Part shown: one piece after another, positions 1 through 10,593 of the stretch
Position numbering within the stretch: position 1 is the stretch's first letter
Layout of the letters: each line of letters begins with the position of its first letter
Source of the DNA: Spirochaetota bacterium
GTDB lineage: Bacteria; Spirochaetota; UBA6919; CBDBPB01
NCBI GenBank assembly: GCA_965208615.1
Contig: CBDBPB010000005.1
Coordinates: forward strand, 1 to 46,898
Direction of reading: 5' to 3'
DNA: 46,898 nucleotides
Program-made: the position numbers and the translations under genes
Notes under the pieces: generated by a model
Database searches by the model: none
Seen by the model: only the letters and a program-made list of their open reading frames with translations
What the model was told of the DNA's origin: nothing

Positions 1-1229
<1,229 letters not shown>

Positions 1230-1251
1230 TAAATATAGCGGGATAAAAACT

Positions 1252-1528
1252 ATGGCAAAGGAAAATTATCCTTAGAGGAGAAGTTCAGGGAGTGTTTTGC
1301 AGGGACTATTGTAGTAAAAATGCTAAGATACTCAAATTAAGGGGTGCTGTTAGCAATCTGCCCGATGGAACCGTAGAAGTCATTTTAGATACGGATAATG
1401 AACAAAAAATTAATAGCTTTATTAACTCTATTAAAAATAATAGCTTTAATATCAAGTTCTACGGACATATAACTAATATAAAAATCAACAGTTATACTGG
1501 AAAGGTTTACGGCGATTATCAATTTTAA
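1252..1528 (+). CDS. acyP: Acylphosphatase (frameshift just after the ATG at 1252)
   Basis: Frame upstream of the listed ORF reads KIILRGEVQGVFCR, continuing to GAVSNLPDGTVEV. Both match the acylphosphatase signatures G.VQGV.FR and N..DG.VE. Confidence 0.85.
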
Positions 1529-1567
1529 CAATAAATCTTTTTTAAAGGTATTTTATTGCAAAATAGT

Positions 1568-1595
1568 TTGACAATATTTAACTAAATCTTATATT
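1568..1595 (+). promoter_or_regulatory. Putative sigma70 promoter for rpsU
   Basis: TTGACA at 1568-1573 and TATATT at 1590-1595; AGGTG ribosome-binding site before ATG 1638. Confidence 0.45.
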
Positions 1596-1637
1596 TATAA
1601 TTAAAATCTTATAGTTAAAGGTAGGTGATTAACAAAT

Positions 1638-1847
1638 ATGACAAAAATCGAAGTGGGAGATAATGAACCTATTGAAGTTGCTATCCGCCGCTTTAGAAAA
1701 AAGTGTGAAAGAGATGGCATAAACAGAGAAATGAAAAAACGTTCTTTCTATGAAAAACCAAGCCTTAAGAAAAAACGAAGAAAAGAAGCAATGCTTAGAA
1801 AAATCCAAAAACGTATACGAAAACAACAAGCTAAGGGATATTATTAA
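1638..1847 (+). CDS. rpsU: 30S ribosomal protein S21
   Basis: EPIEVAIRRFRKKCERDGINREMKKRSFYEKPS is a typical bS21 sequence. Confidence 0.97.
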   Translation: MTKIEVGDNEPIEVAIRRFRKKCERDGINREMKKRSFYEKPSLKKKRRKEAMLRKIQKRIRKQQAKGYY

Positions 1848-1918
1848 TCTATTAATATAGAATTAATAACTTTAAAGTTAGGGACTTCAATATCCAAATC
1901 TTAATTTTAGGCATATAT

Positions 1919-2728
1919 TTAATCAACTCCACCATTATATTCCTGATAGATTAGTTGTCCGCAAGCTCTACAATGAATGGCATCTTTTTCGTGATATTTT
2001 AGTCCACAACTTTTGCATATAACTTCTTTTTTGTTAAAGGTATATACAAACTTTCTTATTAGAGTGGCTATTTGCCAAGGTAAAAATATAACACCACTTA
2101 AAATCATCAAAATAGTGATAAGCTTACCCCCGGTAGTAATTGGAGTAATGTCTCCAAAACCAACCGTAGTAAGTGTAACAATGGTAAAATAAATCGCATC
2201 AAAAAAATTATTTATATTAGAACCAGTAGCTCCATACTCCTCATAAAAGATTAGACCAGACCCAACAAAAATAATAGATAGTATAGTAAATATAATCCTA
2301 ACAATAACTAAATTGTCTTCTCTAATAGAACCAAAAAAGAGATGTTCATCTTTCAAAAACCTAAGTAAACGTAAAATCCTAAATACCCTAAATATCCTTA
2401 TAAATTGTAAGTTCGCAAAAGTAAAAATAAATGGAATAATGCTAACTAAATCAATAATAGAGTAAATATTAAAAAAATGCTTAAGCTTATTGCCTGCTAC
2501 CCAAAACCTAATAATATATTCAATAACAAATATTCCCCCAATTATTAACTCAATATAGTGAATAGTGTCGGCAATATACTTTGGTATAGAGAAAGTACAT
2601 AAAATATAACTAATACATAGTATTAAAATTAAAAAGACAATCACTAAATCAATAATCTTACCAGTTTTAGTGTTTAAAGTATTAATATGACAGTAGAGTC
2701 TTTCTTTTAAAGTGGTAGTAGAAGCCAT
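1919..2728 (-). CDS. Voltage-gated 6-TM potassium channel with C-terminal Zn-ribbon
   Basis: S4-like RIFRVFRILRLLR, selectivity filter TTVGFGD, C-terminal CKSC...CRAC. Confidence 0.9.
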   Translation of the reverse strand: MASTTTLKERLYCHINTLNTKTGKIIDLVIVFLILILCISYILCTFSIPKYIADTIHYIELIIGGIFVIEYIIRFWVAGNKLKHFFNIYSIIDLVSIIPFIFTFANLQFIRIFRVFRILRLLRFLKDEHLFFGSIREDNLVIVRIIFTILSIIFVGSGLIFYEEYGATGSNINNFFDAIYFTIVTLTTVGFGDITPITTGGKLITILMILSGVIFLPWQIATLIRKFVYTFNKKEVICKSCGLKYHEKDAIHCRACGQLIYQEYNGGVD

Positions 2729-2746
2729 TTTCTTTCCTAGATCTAA

Positions 2747-3286
2747 TTATATAGAAAGAAATACCTCATCTAATAGTGTTTCAATAATATCATCAGTTAG
2801 CTTTTTAATCTCATAGCCCGGAAAAGTATCATATCCATCCTGTAAATAACCCCATACTAACTTATCTTTATTTTCGCTATCATTAACCAAAAAGAAATAG
2901 GGTTCCTTAGAAAACTTAATACGCTTTTCAATAACAGAGTTAAAAGTATATACCTTTTGATATGCCCTAAAATAAACCTTTCCAACTACACCAATAAAAT
3001 GAATGCCTTCAGGGATTATTTTAAGCTCATTATCATTATCCGATAAAATTAAGGAGTCAATTTTTACCTTGTCAGAAATAAACGAACTCTTATTACCAAA
3101 CTTAGGAATCATAACCTTATGATATTTTGACTGTATCATAGTACCATAAACATAGTTTTGTAATCTAGTGTATAAATCTTTAAGGCTTTGGCTATACAAA
3201 TTAAAATGTTCATCGGGTGAGAAATAAGCATAGTCAGACTTTCTATTTTTATCCTTTAGATTACGATATTTTCTTGCCCAGTTCAT
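2747..3286 (-). CDS. Hypothetical protein
   Basis: 179-aa ORF tightly packed (3-18 bp gaps) in the fchA-folD-K+ channel run. Confidence 0.7.
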   Translation of the reverse strand: MNWARKYRNLKDKNRKSDYAYFSPDEHFNLYSQSLKDLYTRLQNYVYGTMIQSKYHKVMIPKFGNKSSFISDKVKIDSLILSDNDNELKIIPEGIHFIGVVGKVYFRAYQKVYTFNSVIEKRIKFSKEPYFFLVNDSENKDKLVWGYLQDGYDTFPGYEIKKLTDDIIETLLDEVFLSI

Positions 3287-3289
3287 AAG

Positions 3290-3673
3290 CTAAATATCCG
3301 TATTACTAAATATTTTTTCCTCTAACTCTTTTTTACGAGCAAGATAAACATTCATAGTACGCTCAAGAGTACTATAAGAGTCATTAAATAACTTTAAAAC
3401 CTCTTCTTTATCTTTACCAACGGCCTTTTTAAGAGTACCCTGAATATCATCCTTATGCTGATTTATACTTAAAAAGCTATCCCTAATAAGATTAGCATAG
3501 TCCTGTATCTCTAAAAAACCGAATACAGCCTTCTTAATCCTTTTATCCCTAATCCATATCTTAGCCTTAGTACTAAACCAAAGCACTGTAACAAGTGAAC
3601 CAATAATTCCCCCTATTAGTCCACCAATAAAAGTAAGGAATAAATAAATAATAGACCCGTCACCTGAGTCCAT
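3290..3673 (-). CDS. Hypothetical protein, N-terminal Gly-rich TM helix plus helical/coiled-coil tail
   Basis: IIYLFLTFIGGLIGGIIGSLVTVLWF transmembrane segment; GAGG ribosome-binding site upstream. Confidence 0.7.
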   Translation of the reverse strand: MDSGDGSIIYLFLTFIGGLIGGIIGSLVTVLWFSTKAKIWIRDKRIKKAVFGFLEIQDYANLIRDSFLSINQHKDDIQGTLKKAVGKDKEEVLKLFNDSYSTLERTMNVYLARKKELEEKIFSNTDI

Positions 3674-3687
3674 AATCTCTACCTCGA

Positions 3688-4533
3688 TTAAATAGTTATA
3701 TTAGCCTGTTTAATGAACGCCTCAACACAGTTTTTTAGAAGAATAATATTAGTTAATCCGCCCACTCCACCAGGTACAGGGGTTATCTTTGATGCCTTAT
3801 CTTTTACGTTGTCAAAGTCAACATCACCAACCAGTTTATCATTAACATAGTTAGTACCCACATCAATAACAATAGCCCCATTTTTTATCCAGTCCTTTTT
3901 TACAAACTTAGCCCTACCAATGGCTACAATAACCATATCAGCAGAATAAAGCTCTTTTTCAAGGTTATTCGTCTTAGAATGACATAAGGTAACTGTAGAG
4001 TCCCTATGGGACAGCATAATACTAAGTGGACGTCCAACTATATTACTACGCCCTAATATACATACCTTCATACCCGCAAGATTAATCTTATAATCGTCGA
4101 TTATGGTTACCACAGCCTGAGGAGTACAGGGTATATGAGTCTCTTTATTGAGTAATAGATTACCAAGATTCTTTGGAGTTATACCCTCTATATCCTTTTC
4201 AGGATTAATTAACTCAACAATATCCTTTAATCCAGCTGGTAAAGGCTGATTTATTAATATTCCACTAACATCTTCATCTTCATTAAGCTTTTTAATTAAC
4301 TCAACCGCCCACTTATACTCTATAGTTGAGTATTCATGTAACTCATAATCAATTCCAACATTATCACATGCCTTTTTAATACTCTTATTATACCACTCAC
4401 TGGCGGGATCATTACCAATAAAAATGGTAACAAGCTTTGGACGCTTATCAGACTTATCAACAATAGTGGTTACCATATTCTTAATACGCTCTCTAAGGCG
4501 TTTTGCAATGATTTTACCTTCTAATAATTCCAT
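3688..4533 (-). CDS. folD: Methylenetetrahydrofolate dehydrogenase (FolD family; cyclohydrolase residues altered)
   Basis: PCTP, GRSNIVGRP, VIDVGTN, GDVDF and ITPVPGGVG motifs. Confidence 0.95.
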   Translation of the reverse strand: MELLEGKIIAKRLRERIKNMVTTIVDKSDKRPKLVTIFIGNDPASEWYNKSIKKACDNVGIDYELHEYSTIEYKWAVELIKKLNEDEDVSGILINQPLPAGLKDIVELINPEKDIEGITPKNLGNLLLNKETHIPCTPQAVVTIIDDYKINLAGMKVCILGRSNIVGRPLSIMLSHRDSTVTLCHSKTNNLEKELYSADMVIVAIGRAKFVKKDWIKNGAIVIDVGTNYVNDKLVGDVDFDNVKDKASKITPVPGGVGGLTNIILLKNCVEAFIKQANITI

Positions 4534-4541
4534 TATAAACC

Positions 4542-5147
4542 CTATATATATTGATTAATTATTTTAAATCCGTCATCATAAATAGTCTTAGCCTTATCCA
4601 AAATACTTTTCATTTTGCTATCCAGCTCTTTAACCGTGTCAGAGTCTTTCAAAGGCTTTAAGTTTATCTTAACATTGATAATAGACGACTCAATCGTACT
4701 AAGACCCAATAATAAAGCAATTGCACTATCGCTTATTAAGTTTTTATTGCCTATTTCTGCGATCCTAACTGCAAGATTCATAATATTAAGTCCGTCATCG
4801 ACCATAGAAAACGAAAACCTTGCAGACCTTTTTAACGCTGTTTGTAAAGGAACCTCTCTTTCATCCTTTGACAGCTTATAACAGTCCATTATACTTTGGA
4901 ATATGGATATATCCTCATCTATCTTAGCCATAAAAGAGGTTTTAATCTTATCACCCTGCTTTATAATATCCTTTACATCCTGCTGGACAGACTCATACTT
5001 CTTTTTACCCAAAGTAAGGTTAGCTACCATAAGTACAAGACTAATACTTTGTAGTCCATTTACTGCCGCAACACTCCCACCACCAGGGGATGACTTATCC
5101 GACGCTAAATCATTAAAAAACTCTTTAAATGGTTTATCTATATACAT
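4542..5147 (-). CDS. fchA: Cyclodeaminase/cyclohydrolase family (FTCD_C) protein, probable methenyl-THF cyclohydrolase
   Basis: LASDKSSPGGGSVAA, MVANLTLGKKKY, GNKNLISD and NVKINL motifs. Start taken at ATG 5147 (GAGGT RBS). Directly upstream of folD. Confidence 0.85.
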   Translation of the reverse strand: MYIDKPFKEFFNDLASDKSSPGGGSVAAVNGLQSISLVLMVANLTLGKKKYESVQQDVKDIIKQGDKIKTSFMAKIDEDISIFQSIMDCYKLSKDEREVPLQTALKRSARFSFSMVDDGLNIMNLAVRIAEIGNKNLISDSAIALLLGLSTIESSIINVKINLKPLKDSDTVKELDSKMKSILDKAKTIYDDGFKIINQYI

Positions 5148-5317
5148 GTTTACCTCTGTCTGCGAAAAAATAACTCTTTTATTGTAAATTGTCAAAACTT
5201 TGCTTTTAAAAAAAATTATATTTTATTATAAGATTATTACCTTTGAGTATAGAAATCAAATATAATAAAACCTATTCTTAACAACCTATTTAACCATAAA
5301 ACAACTAGGATAAAACC

Positions 5318-5944
5318 ATGAGACATATACTAGGACACAGACTGTGGGACTTATACTCCCACGTATACGACCTTATAACCAGTTCATACTTAAAAACTGC
5401 CATAAAAGAGTATGTAAAAGAAGTGTTATCAACAAGCTCAGAGGATAAACCATTAAACAACCTTCTAATAATTGGTATCGGTACTGGTGAATGCCTAAAA
5501 TATATAGATAAGCCTATAAAAATAACTGCAATAGATTATAGTCCATCCATGCTTAAGAAGGCGTCTAGGAAGATAAAAGCTCATCACAATGTTAGTTTAG
5601 TCCGTATGGATGCACAAAAGCTTAAACTTGATGATGAGTCCTTTGAAATAGTGTTGATGCCATTAATATTAGCAGTAGTTAAAGAATCACATATATGCCT
5701 TAAAGAAGCAGTGAGAGTACTAAAGCCAAAAGGTAGATTAATTATATTTGATAAGTTTATTAATCGTAATGAAGAGCCCAATATCGTAAAGAAAATATTA
5801 AATATCATTCTTAATCTCTTTGCCACAAAGATTAACCTAAACCTCTATAAGCTAATAGAAGGACTTAATCTTAGGGTAATCGAGGAAAGACAAATACTAT
5901 TCTTTGGTTGGCTAAAGATATTTGTGTTAGAGAAGGTTAAATAA
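5318..5944 (+). CDS. Class I SAM-dependent methyltransferase (PmtA/UbiE-like)
   Basis: IIGIGTG motif I, AIDYSPSML, MDAQKL and EAVRVLKPKG. Confidence 0.85.
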   Translation: MRHILGHRLWDLYSHVYDLITSSYLKTAIKEYVKEVLSTSSEDKPLNNLLIIGIGTGECLKYIDKPIKITAIDYSPSMLKKASRKIKAHHNVSLVRMDAQKLKLDDESFEIVLMPLILAVVKESHICLKEAVRVLKPKGRLIIFDKFINRNEEPNIVKKILNIILNLFATKINLNLYKLIEGLNLRVIEERQILFFGWLKIFVLEKVK

Positions 5945-5954
5945 GGAGCTTATA

Positions 5955-6602
5955 TTGACATCCGCATTGGTACTACTATCAGGAGGACAAGACTCAGCCA
6001 CCTGTTTGTTTTGGTCATTAAAAAAGTTTGACAAAGTGGAAGCCGTAACCTTTGATTATGGTCAACGCCATTCCATTGAGCTTAAGGCATCAAAATCTAT
6101 TGCTAATATAGCAGGTGTAAAACAAACAATATTTCCCATAAATACGTTCAACGCCATTGGAGGTACATCTTTAACCAGTGATCTACCTATAAACAATAAA
6201 TCCAAAAACGGCCTGCCCAATACCTTCGTACCCGGTCGTAATATAATCCTATTGACCTATGGAGCCGCGTATGGTTATCAAAATAATATATATAATATAG
6301 TTGGCGGCATGTGTCAGACGGATTATAGTGGATATCCAGATTGTCGTTATGATACTATAAAGTCTATTGAGAAAAGTATATGTCTTGCTATGGATCATGA
6401 TTTTAGCATTCATACTCCGTTGATGTTTTTATCCAAAAAAGAAATATGGAAAATGGCATACGACTTAGGGTATTTTGATACCGTTAAAAATATTAGTCAT
6501 AGTTGTTATAGCGGTGTTGAAAATGGATGTGGTATATGTAATGCTTGTATAATACGTAATAAAGGGCTTATTGACTTTGAACTTATGATGAAAAATAAAT
6601 GA
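5955..6602 (+). CDS. queC: 7-cyano-7-deazaguanine synthase
   Basis: LLSGGQDS, FDYGQRH, TFVPGRN, DYSGYPDCR and the Zn site SCY...CGICNAC. Confidence 0.96.
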   Translation: MTSALVLLSGGQDSATCLFWSLKKFDKVEAVTFDYGQRHSIELKASKSIANIAGVKQTIFPINTFNAIGGTSLTSDLPINNKSKNGLPNTFVPGRNIILLTYGAAYGYQNNIYNIVGGMCQTDYSGYPDCRYDTIKSIEKSICLAMDHDFSIHTPLMFLSKKEIWKMAYDLGYFDTVKNISHSCYSGVENGCGICNACIIRNKGLIDFELMMKNK

Positions 6603-7108
6603 CATCAAAATTGTTTTATAGTATAATGAAGAGTCCTATAGGGGATATTCTAATAGCCTCAAAAAATAAGGATAGTATATCGTTAGTATCACTAAATAAT
6701 AATAGCCTTATAGAAAACTATTATCTTAAAAAAGGCTATAGCCTTAAGTATGCGGATAGCCATCAGTATTTGTCTAGGGCAATAACCGAGATTAACGCCT
6801 ATTTTAAAGGTACGCTAAAAACGTTTACTATAAAGGCTGATCCAATTAATGGTACTATCTTCCAAAAAGCAGTATGGAAAGAACTAAATAACATCCCCTA
6901 TGGACAAACTCGTAGTTATAGTGATATTGCAAGATCTATTGGTCATTATAGAGCATATCGTGCTGTTGGACAAGCTCTAAATAAGAACCCCATTCCTATT
7001 ATAATGCCCTGTCATAGGGTAGTAGGTAAACATGGCAATCTAACAGGCTTTGCAAGCGGACTAAATAATAAAAAATGGCTAATTAACCATGAAAAATCAT
7101 ATTGCTAA
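6599..7108 (+). CDS. ogt: Methylated-DNA--protein-cysteine methyltransferase
   Basis: IPYGQTRSYSDIA, RAVGQA and the active site PCHRVV. Confidence 0.95.
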   Translation: MTSKLFYSIMKSPIGDILIASKNKDSISLVSLNNNSLIENYYLKKGYSLKYADSHQYLSRAITEINAYFKGTLKTFTIKADPINGTIFQKAVWKELNNIPYGQTRSYSDIARSIGHYRAYRAVGQALNKNPIPIIMPCHRVVGKHGNLTGFASGLNNKKWLINHEKSYC

Positions 7109-7130
7109 CAATACCTCATAACCAAGCCTA

Positions 7131-8084
7131 TCAACTAATAATTGGTATATTAATATGCCCTATAATGTCAATCTCAAACTTACTAAGTCTATCTATATTA
7201 TAGACTTCTCCATCAAGGGCAAAGCCTGAGTTAGTCTCTAATGTCAGCTTTTTAACTGTCTTAGGATAAATATCTAAATTGTCTACCATTTTGCCGCGAG
7301 CTAAATAAGGAAAATAACGAATAAGTTTTTTTCTATCAAAAGAATAAGCAATAAAGTTAAACTCATTATTTTCCTTAGCCTGTTCAATAAACGGTCTAAA
7401 CCCAAAAACCAATCTATTTAAGGTACCAAACATAATCCCCAAAAACATAATTTTATTAATCTCTTTATCGTCAAGAACTACCCTACATCCAACAGGTTCA
7501 AATAATCTAGAATATGTATGACTAGTTAAAATAGACCCTAAAATACCCTGTATAGTAACCTTTAAAGCATTAGTAAAACAGGCTCCATCCTCATAATAAC
7601 GCTTTAATATTTTATAAATCACTCCATTGGCAAAATAAAAGCCGTATAAACAATCAGCTGAGTTAATAAGCACCCTAATAATAGACTTCTTGAAAAATGG
7701 CATGTTAGCGCTATAAATACTCCTAATAGACCTAATAACCTTTATAGGAGGCTTACCTAATCCAACATCTTTAACTAACATATTCATAGTCCCCCCTTTT
7801 AGAGGGACAACAAAAAGAAAGTTAATTTTTAAACGTATAATCTCAGAAATAACTTTTTGCTGTGTTCCATCTCCTCCGTAAATAAACAATACACTAACAT
7901 TATTTTTCTTAAAGTTCATTAGTGCAGGACAAATATCCTTAATACTTTTGGTCTCTATTATGAGTCCATCATCTTTTAGTATAGCCTCAAACTCTTTTCT
8001 ATTGTATGTACCAGATTTAACCTTACCTCCGTTTTGATTAACTATCATACCAAATGTTTTATTTTGTATTAACGTCATCAACAA
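7131..8084 (-). CDS. Diacylglycerol/lipid kinase family protein (DAGK_cat, YegS-like)
   Basis: IVNQNGG, YGGDGT, PLKGGTMNMLVKDVG and the C-terminal LDGE motif. Start uncertain (TTG 8084 or ATG 8078); overlaps the upstream eutN-like gene. Confidence 0.85.
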   Translation of the reverse strand: MLMTLIQNKTFGMIVNQNGGKVKSGTYNRKEFEAILKDDGLIIETKSIKDICPALMNFKKNNVSVLFIYGGDGTQQKVISEIIRLKINFLFVVPLKGGTMNMLVKDVGLGKPPIKVIRSIRSIYSANMPFFKKSIIRVLINSADCLYGFYFANGVIYKILKRYYEDGACFTNALKVTIQGILGSILTSHTYSRLFEPVGCRVVLDDKEINKIMFLGIMFGTLNRLVFGFRPFIEQAKENNEFNFIAYSFDRKKLIRYFPYLARGKMVDNLDIYPKTVKKLTLETNSGFALDGEVYNIDRLSKFEIDIIGHINIPIIS

Positions 8085-8328
8085 TACCTATAATTATTGT
8101 ATTAACAGGTGTATTATTAGTCCCCATAATCTGACGGGATGAGTTACCCTCTTGTAAAACTAAAACCTTATCCCCAATACCAGCCTGTACCTTATCTATG
8201 GCAACTATAGGATTATTTATTTTTTTATTATCCGGCGATAATGGCATAACCATTAATATCTTTTCTCCAACATAGCTATCATGTTTAACGGTGGATACAA
8301 CATTAGCAATAACTTTAGCTATAATCAT
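8059..8328 (-). CDS. EutN/CcmL family bacterial microcompartment vertex (BMC-P) protein
   Basis: MIIAKVIANVVSTVKH...VAIDKVQAGIGDKVLV..EGNSSR...IIGIVD is a classic EutN/CcmL pattern. Confidence 0.93.
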   Translation of the reverse strand: MIIAKVIANVVSTVKHDSYVGEKILMVMPLSPDNKKINNPIVAIDKVQAGIGDKVLVLQEGNSSRQIMGTNNTPVNTIIIGIVDDVNTK

Positions 8329-8592
8329 TTACTTATTTATATTATCAACTATTGCGGTTATGGTTGCATCAGACGGATTAAACGGATCAGGAAGAACTAT
8401 ACTTGCCTCTCTACTTACTTCGTATAATACTATATCCCCTTCACCAGCCTGTACACTATCACATGCCACTAATACTTGACCAATAGGGCTTTTATTTTCG
8501 TTAATAGGCTGTATTAATAAAAACTTAATCCCGATAAAGCATTTTAGCTTTGCAGTGGCTACAAGTCTACCTATTACCTTAGCTAATAACAT
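8329..8592 (-). CDS. EutN/CcmL family bacterial microcompartment vertex (BMC-P) protein
   Basis: MLLAKVIGRLVATAK...VACDSVQAGEGDIVL...SREAS...PSDATITAIVD. Confidence 0.93.
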   Translation of the reverse strand: MLLAKVIGRLVATAKLKCFIGIKFLLIQPINENKSPIGQVLVACDSVQAGEGDIVLYEVSREASIVLPDPFNPSDATITAIVDNINK

Positions 8593-8705
8593 ATTACCTC
8601 TTTAGTTTGTATGCAAATGAAAATATAGTAGCTTTTATTGTATTAGTCAAAATATTAATTATATTTAGGGGATAATCGTTTTAACAGATAAAATAGGGTA
8701 TTAAC

Positions 8706-8990
8706 ATGAAAATATCACTAGAACAAGTTGATAACATAGCTAACCTTGCAAGAATATACTTAACTGATAACGAAAAGACTCAGTTTGCAAAAGAGCTTAG
8801 TAATATTTTAACCTACGTTGATAAAATTAACGAGTTGGACACATCCGATATAGAGCCTACAGCACACATCTTGGATATAAAAAACGTATTTCGTGAAGAC
8901 ATAGTCAAAAACAGCATGCCAGTGAAGGACATTATTGATCTTGCACCTAAGAGTCATGATAATTTTATAGTTGTGCCAAAAGTCATATAA
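8706..8990 (+). CDS. gatC: Asp/Glu-tRNA amidotransferase subunit C
   Basis: IANLARI, LDTSDIEPTAH, NVFRED and FIVVPKVI. Confidence 0.95.
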   Translation: MKISLEQVDNIANLARIYLTDNEKTQFAKELSNILTYVDKINELDTSDIEPTAHILDIKNVFREDIVKNSMPVKDIIDLAPKSHDNFIVVPKVI

Positions 8991-10591
8991 TGCTTAGCAA
9001 GCAAAGCTTTTTAAAAACAAGTATAATAATATCCTTAGCTGTCCTAGCCTCAAAGGTATTGGGATTAGTAAGACAGCAATACTCAATATATTTATTTGGC
9101 GGAGGTTGGGAGTTTGATTCATTTATAGCCGCCTTTAGAATACCTAATGCCCTAAGGGAGCTATTAGCAGAAGGTGCACTCTCAGCGGCATTTATACCTT
9201 TGTTTTCTGCTATTTTATTAAGGCGGGGTAAGGCTGAGGCTTTTAGTTTTGCAAATAAGGTTATAAGTCTAGCTATTATAATAACGGTTTTCATTGCCTT
9301 CATTGGATATATTAGCTCGGATATATTTATTAGTTATTATCATAATAATCCTGAGCATATTAACTCTAGCGTTATGGCATCTGAGTTGCTTAGTGTTATA
9401 ATGTTTTACTTACCGTTTATTAGTTTATCAGCTCTTGCAATGGGAATGCTAAACTCCATGGATAAGTTTACTATTCCAGCTTTGGGACCGTTCTTTTCTA
9501 ACATAGCATTTTTAGTGATTTTATATTTCTCTCATAAAATATTTGGTATTCAGGCATTAGCATACTCTATAATCGTTGGTGGACTCGCATATTTAGTCAT
9601 ACAGATACCATTATTAGTTAGGTCTGGATTTAGGTTTAGGTTTACCATCAATTTTAAGGATGAGCATATAAAAGAGTTCTTAGCCTTGTTTATACCTTTT
9701 GCTATGGCTATGGGGATACCTAAGCTTAATAATATACTATCCAACATTTTCTCTGGTGAGATTACTGGTGCTAATACTGCATTGGCTCAGGGGTTTTTTG
9801 TTATACAGCTACCATTATCGGTATTTATATCGGGTATATCCACTGTTAGCCTGCCTAATTTGGCAAAATATTTCGACTCTGGTAAAAGGGATAGTTTTAA
9901 GAGTCTAATTGCTATAGGCCTAAGGATGGTCTTACTTATTACTGTTCCATCAGCTTTTGGCATTATGATCCTCGATTACGAGATAAGCAGGCTAATTTTT
10001 AGTGATATTCTTTTATTGTTTTCCGAAGATAGCGGTAAAATTAATGATACTCTTATAAGAAATATAGGAATTGCACAATTTTATTTTGCTCCCGCTATAA
10101 TATCTATGGGTGCCTCAGTTATATTTTTGAGGGCGTTCCAGTCTATGAAAGATATGAAAACTATGATTTATACAGGTTTATCATCGGTTATTCTTAATTT
10201 TATTTTGATGATGGTTTTGGTTAAGTTTTGGTCATTTAGGGGTATTGCCTTTTCTATTATGCTATCTTCATTTTTTAATTTTGCTTTATTGGTTATAGTA
10301 TTCGTTATTAAGGTTGGGGATATTAACTTTAAGACCAGTATATTTAATTTTATTAGGATATTGCTTAAGGCATTTAGTGGTTCAGTTATTATGTTATTGG
10401 TGATTTACTTTCTTAGACTGATAATTGAGGATATTGCCATAACTTCGATTTATTATGTGGACAATATAATTAAGACTATTATACTTATAGTATTTGGTGG
10501 TATAAGTTATGTGTTATCCTTGCTACTTTTTAGGGAGGAAGAGGTTTTAAGTATTTTTAATCATTTGGTTAAGAGGCTTAGGAGGACTTAG
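8990..10591 (+). CDS. murJ: Lipid II flippase MurJ/MviN
   Basis: SKVLGLVR, DSFIAAFRIPNALRELLAEGALSAAFIP, many TM helices; TAATG overlap with gatC. Confidence 0.95.
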   Translation: MLSKQSFLKTSIIISLAVLASKVLGLVRQQYSIYLFGGGWEFDSFIAAFRIPNALRELLAEGALSAAFIPLFSAILLRRGKAEAFSFANKVISLAIIITVFIAFIGYISSDIFISYYHNNPEHINSSVMASELLSVIMFYLPFISLSALAMGMLNSMDKFTIPALGPFFSNIAFLVILYFSHKIFGIQALAYSIIVGGLAYLVIQIPLLVRSGFRFRFTINFKDEHIKEFLALFIPFAMAMGIPKLNNILSNIFSGEITGANTALAQGFFVIQLPLSVFISGISTVSLPNLAKYFDSGKRDSFKSLIAIGLRMVLLITVPSAFGIMILDYEISRLIFSDILLLFSEDSGKINDTLIRNIGIAQFYFAPAIISMGASVIFLRAFQSMKDMKTMIYTGLSSVILNFILMMVLVKFWSFRGIAFSIMLSSFFNFALLVIVFVIKVGDINFKTSIFNFIRILLKAFSGSVIMLLVIYFLRLIIEDIAITSIYYVDNIIKTIILIVFGGISYVLSLLLFREEEVLSIFNHLVKRLRRT

Positions 10592-10593
10592 TA

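Noticed and set aside
5955-6602. queC as part of a defence or DNA-modification system (Dpd, QatC, CBASS type IV)
   Set aside because: Canonical length and motifs of housekeeping QueC; the tgt 30 kb away is the standard tRNA enzyme; no defence genes are adjacent.
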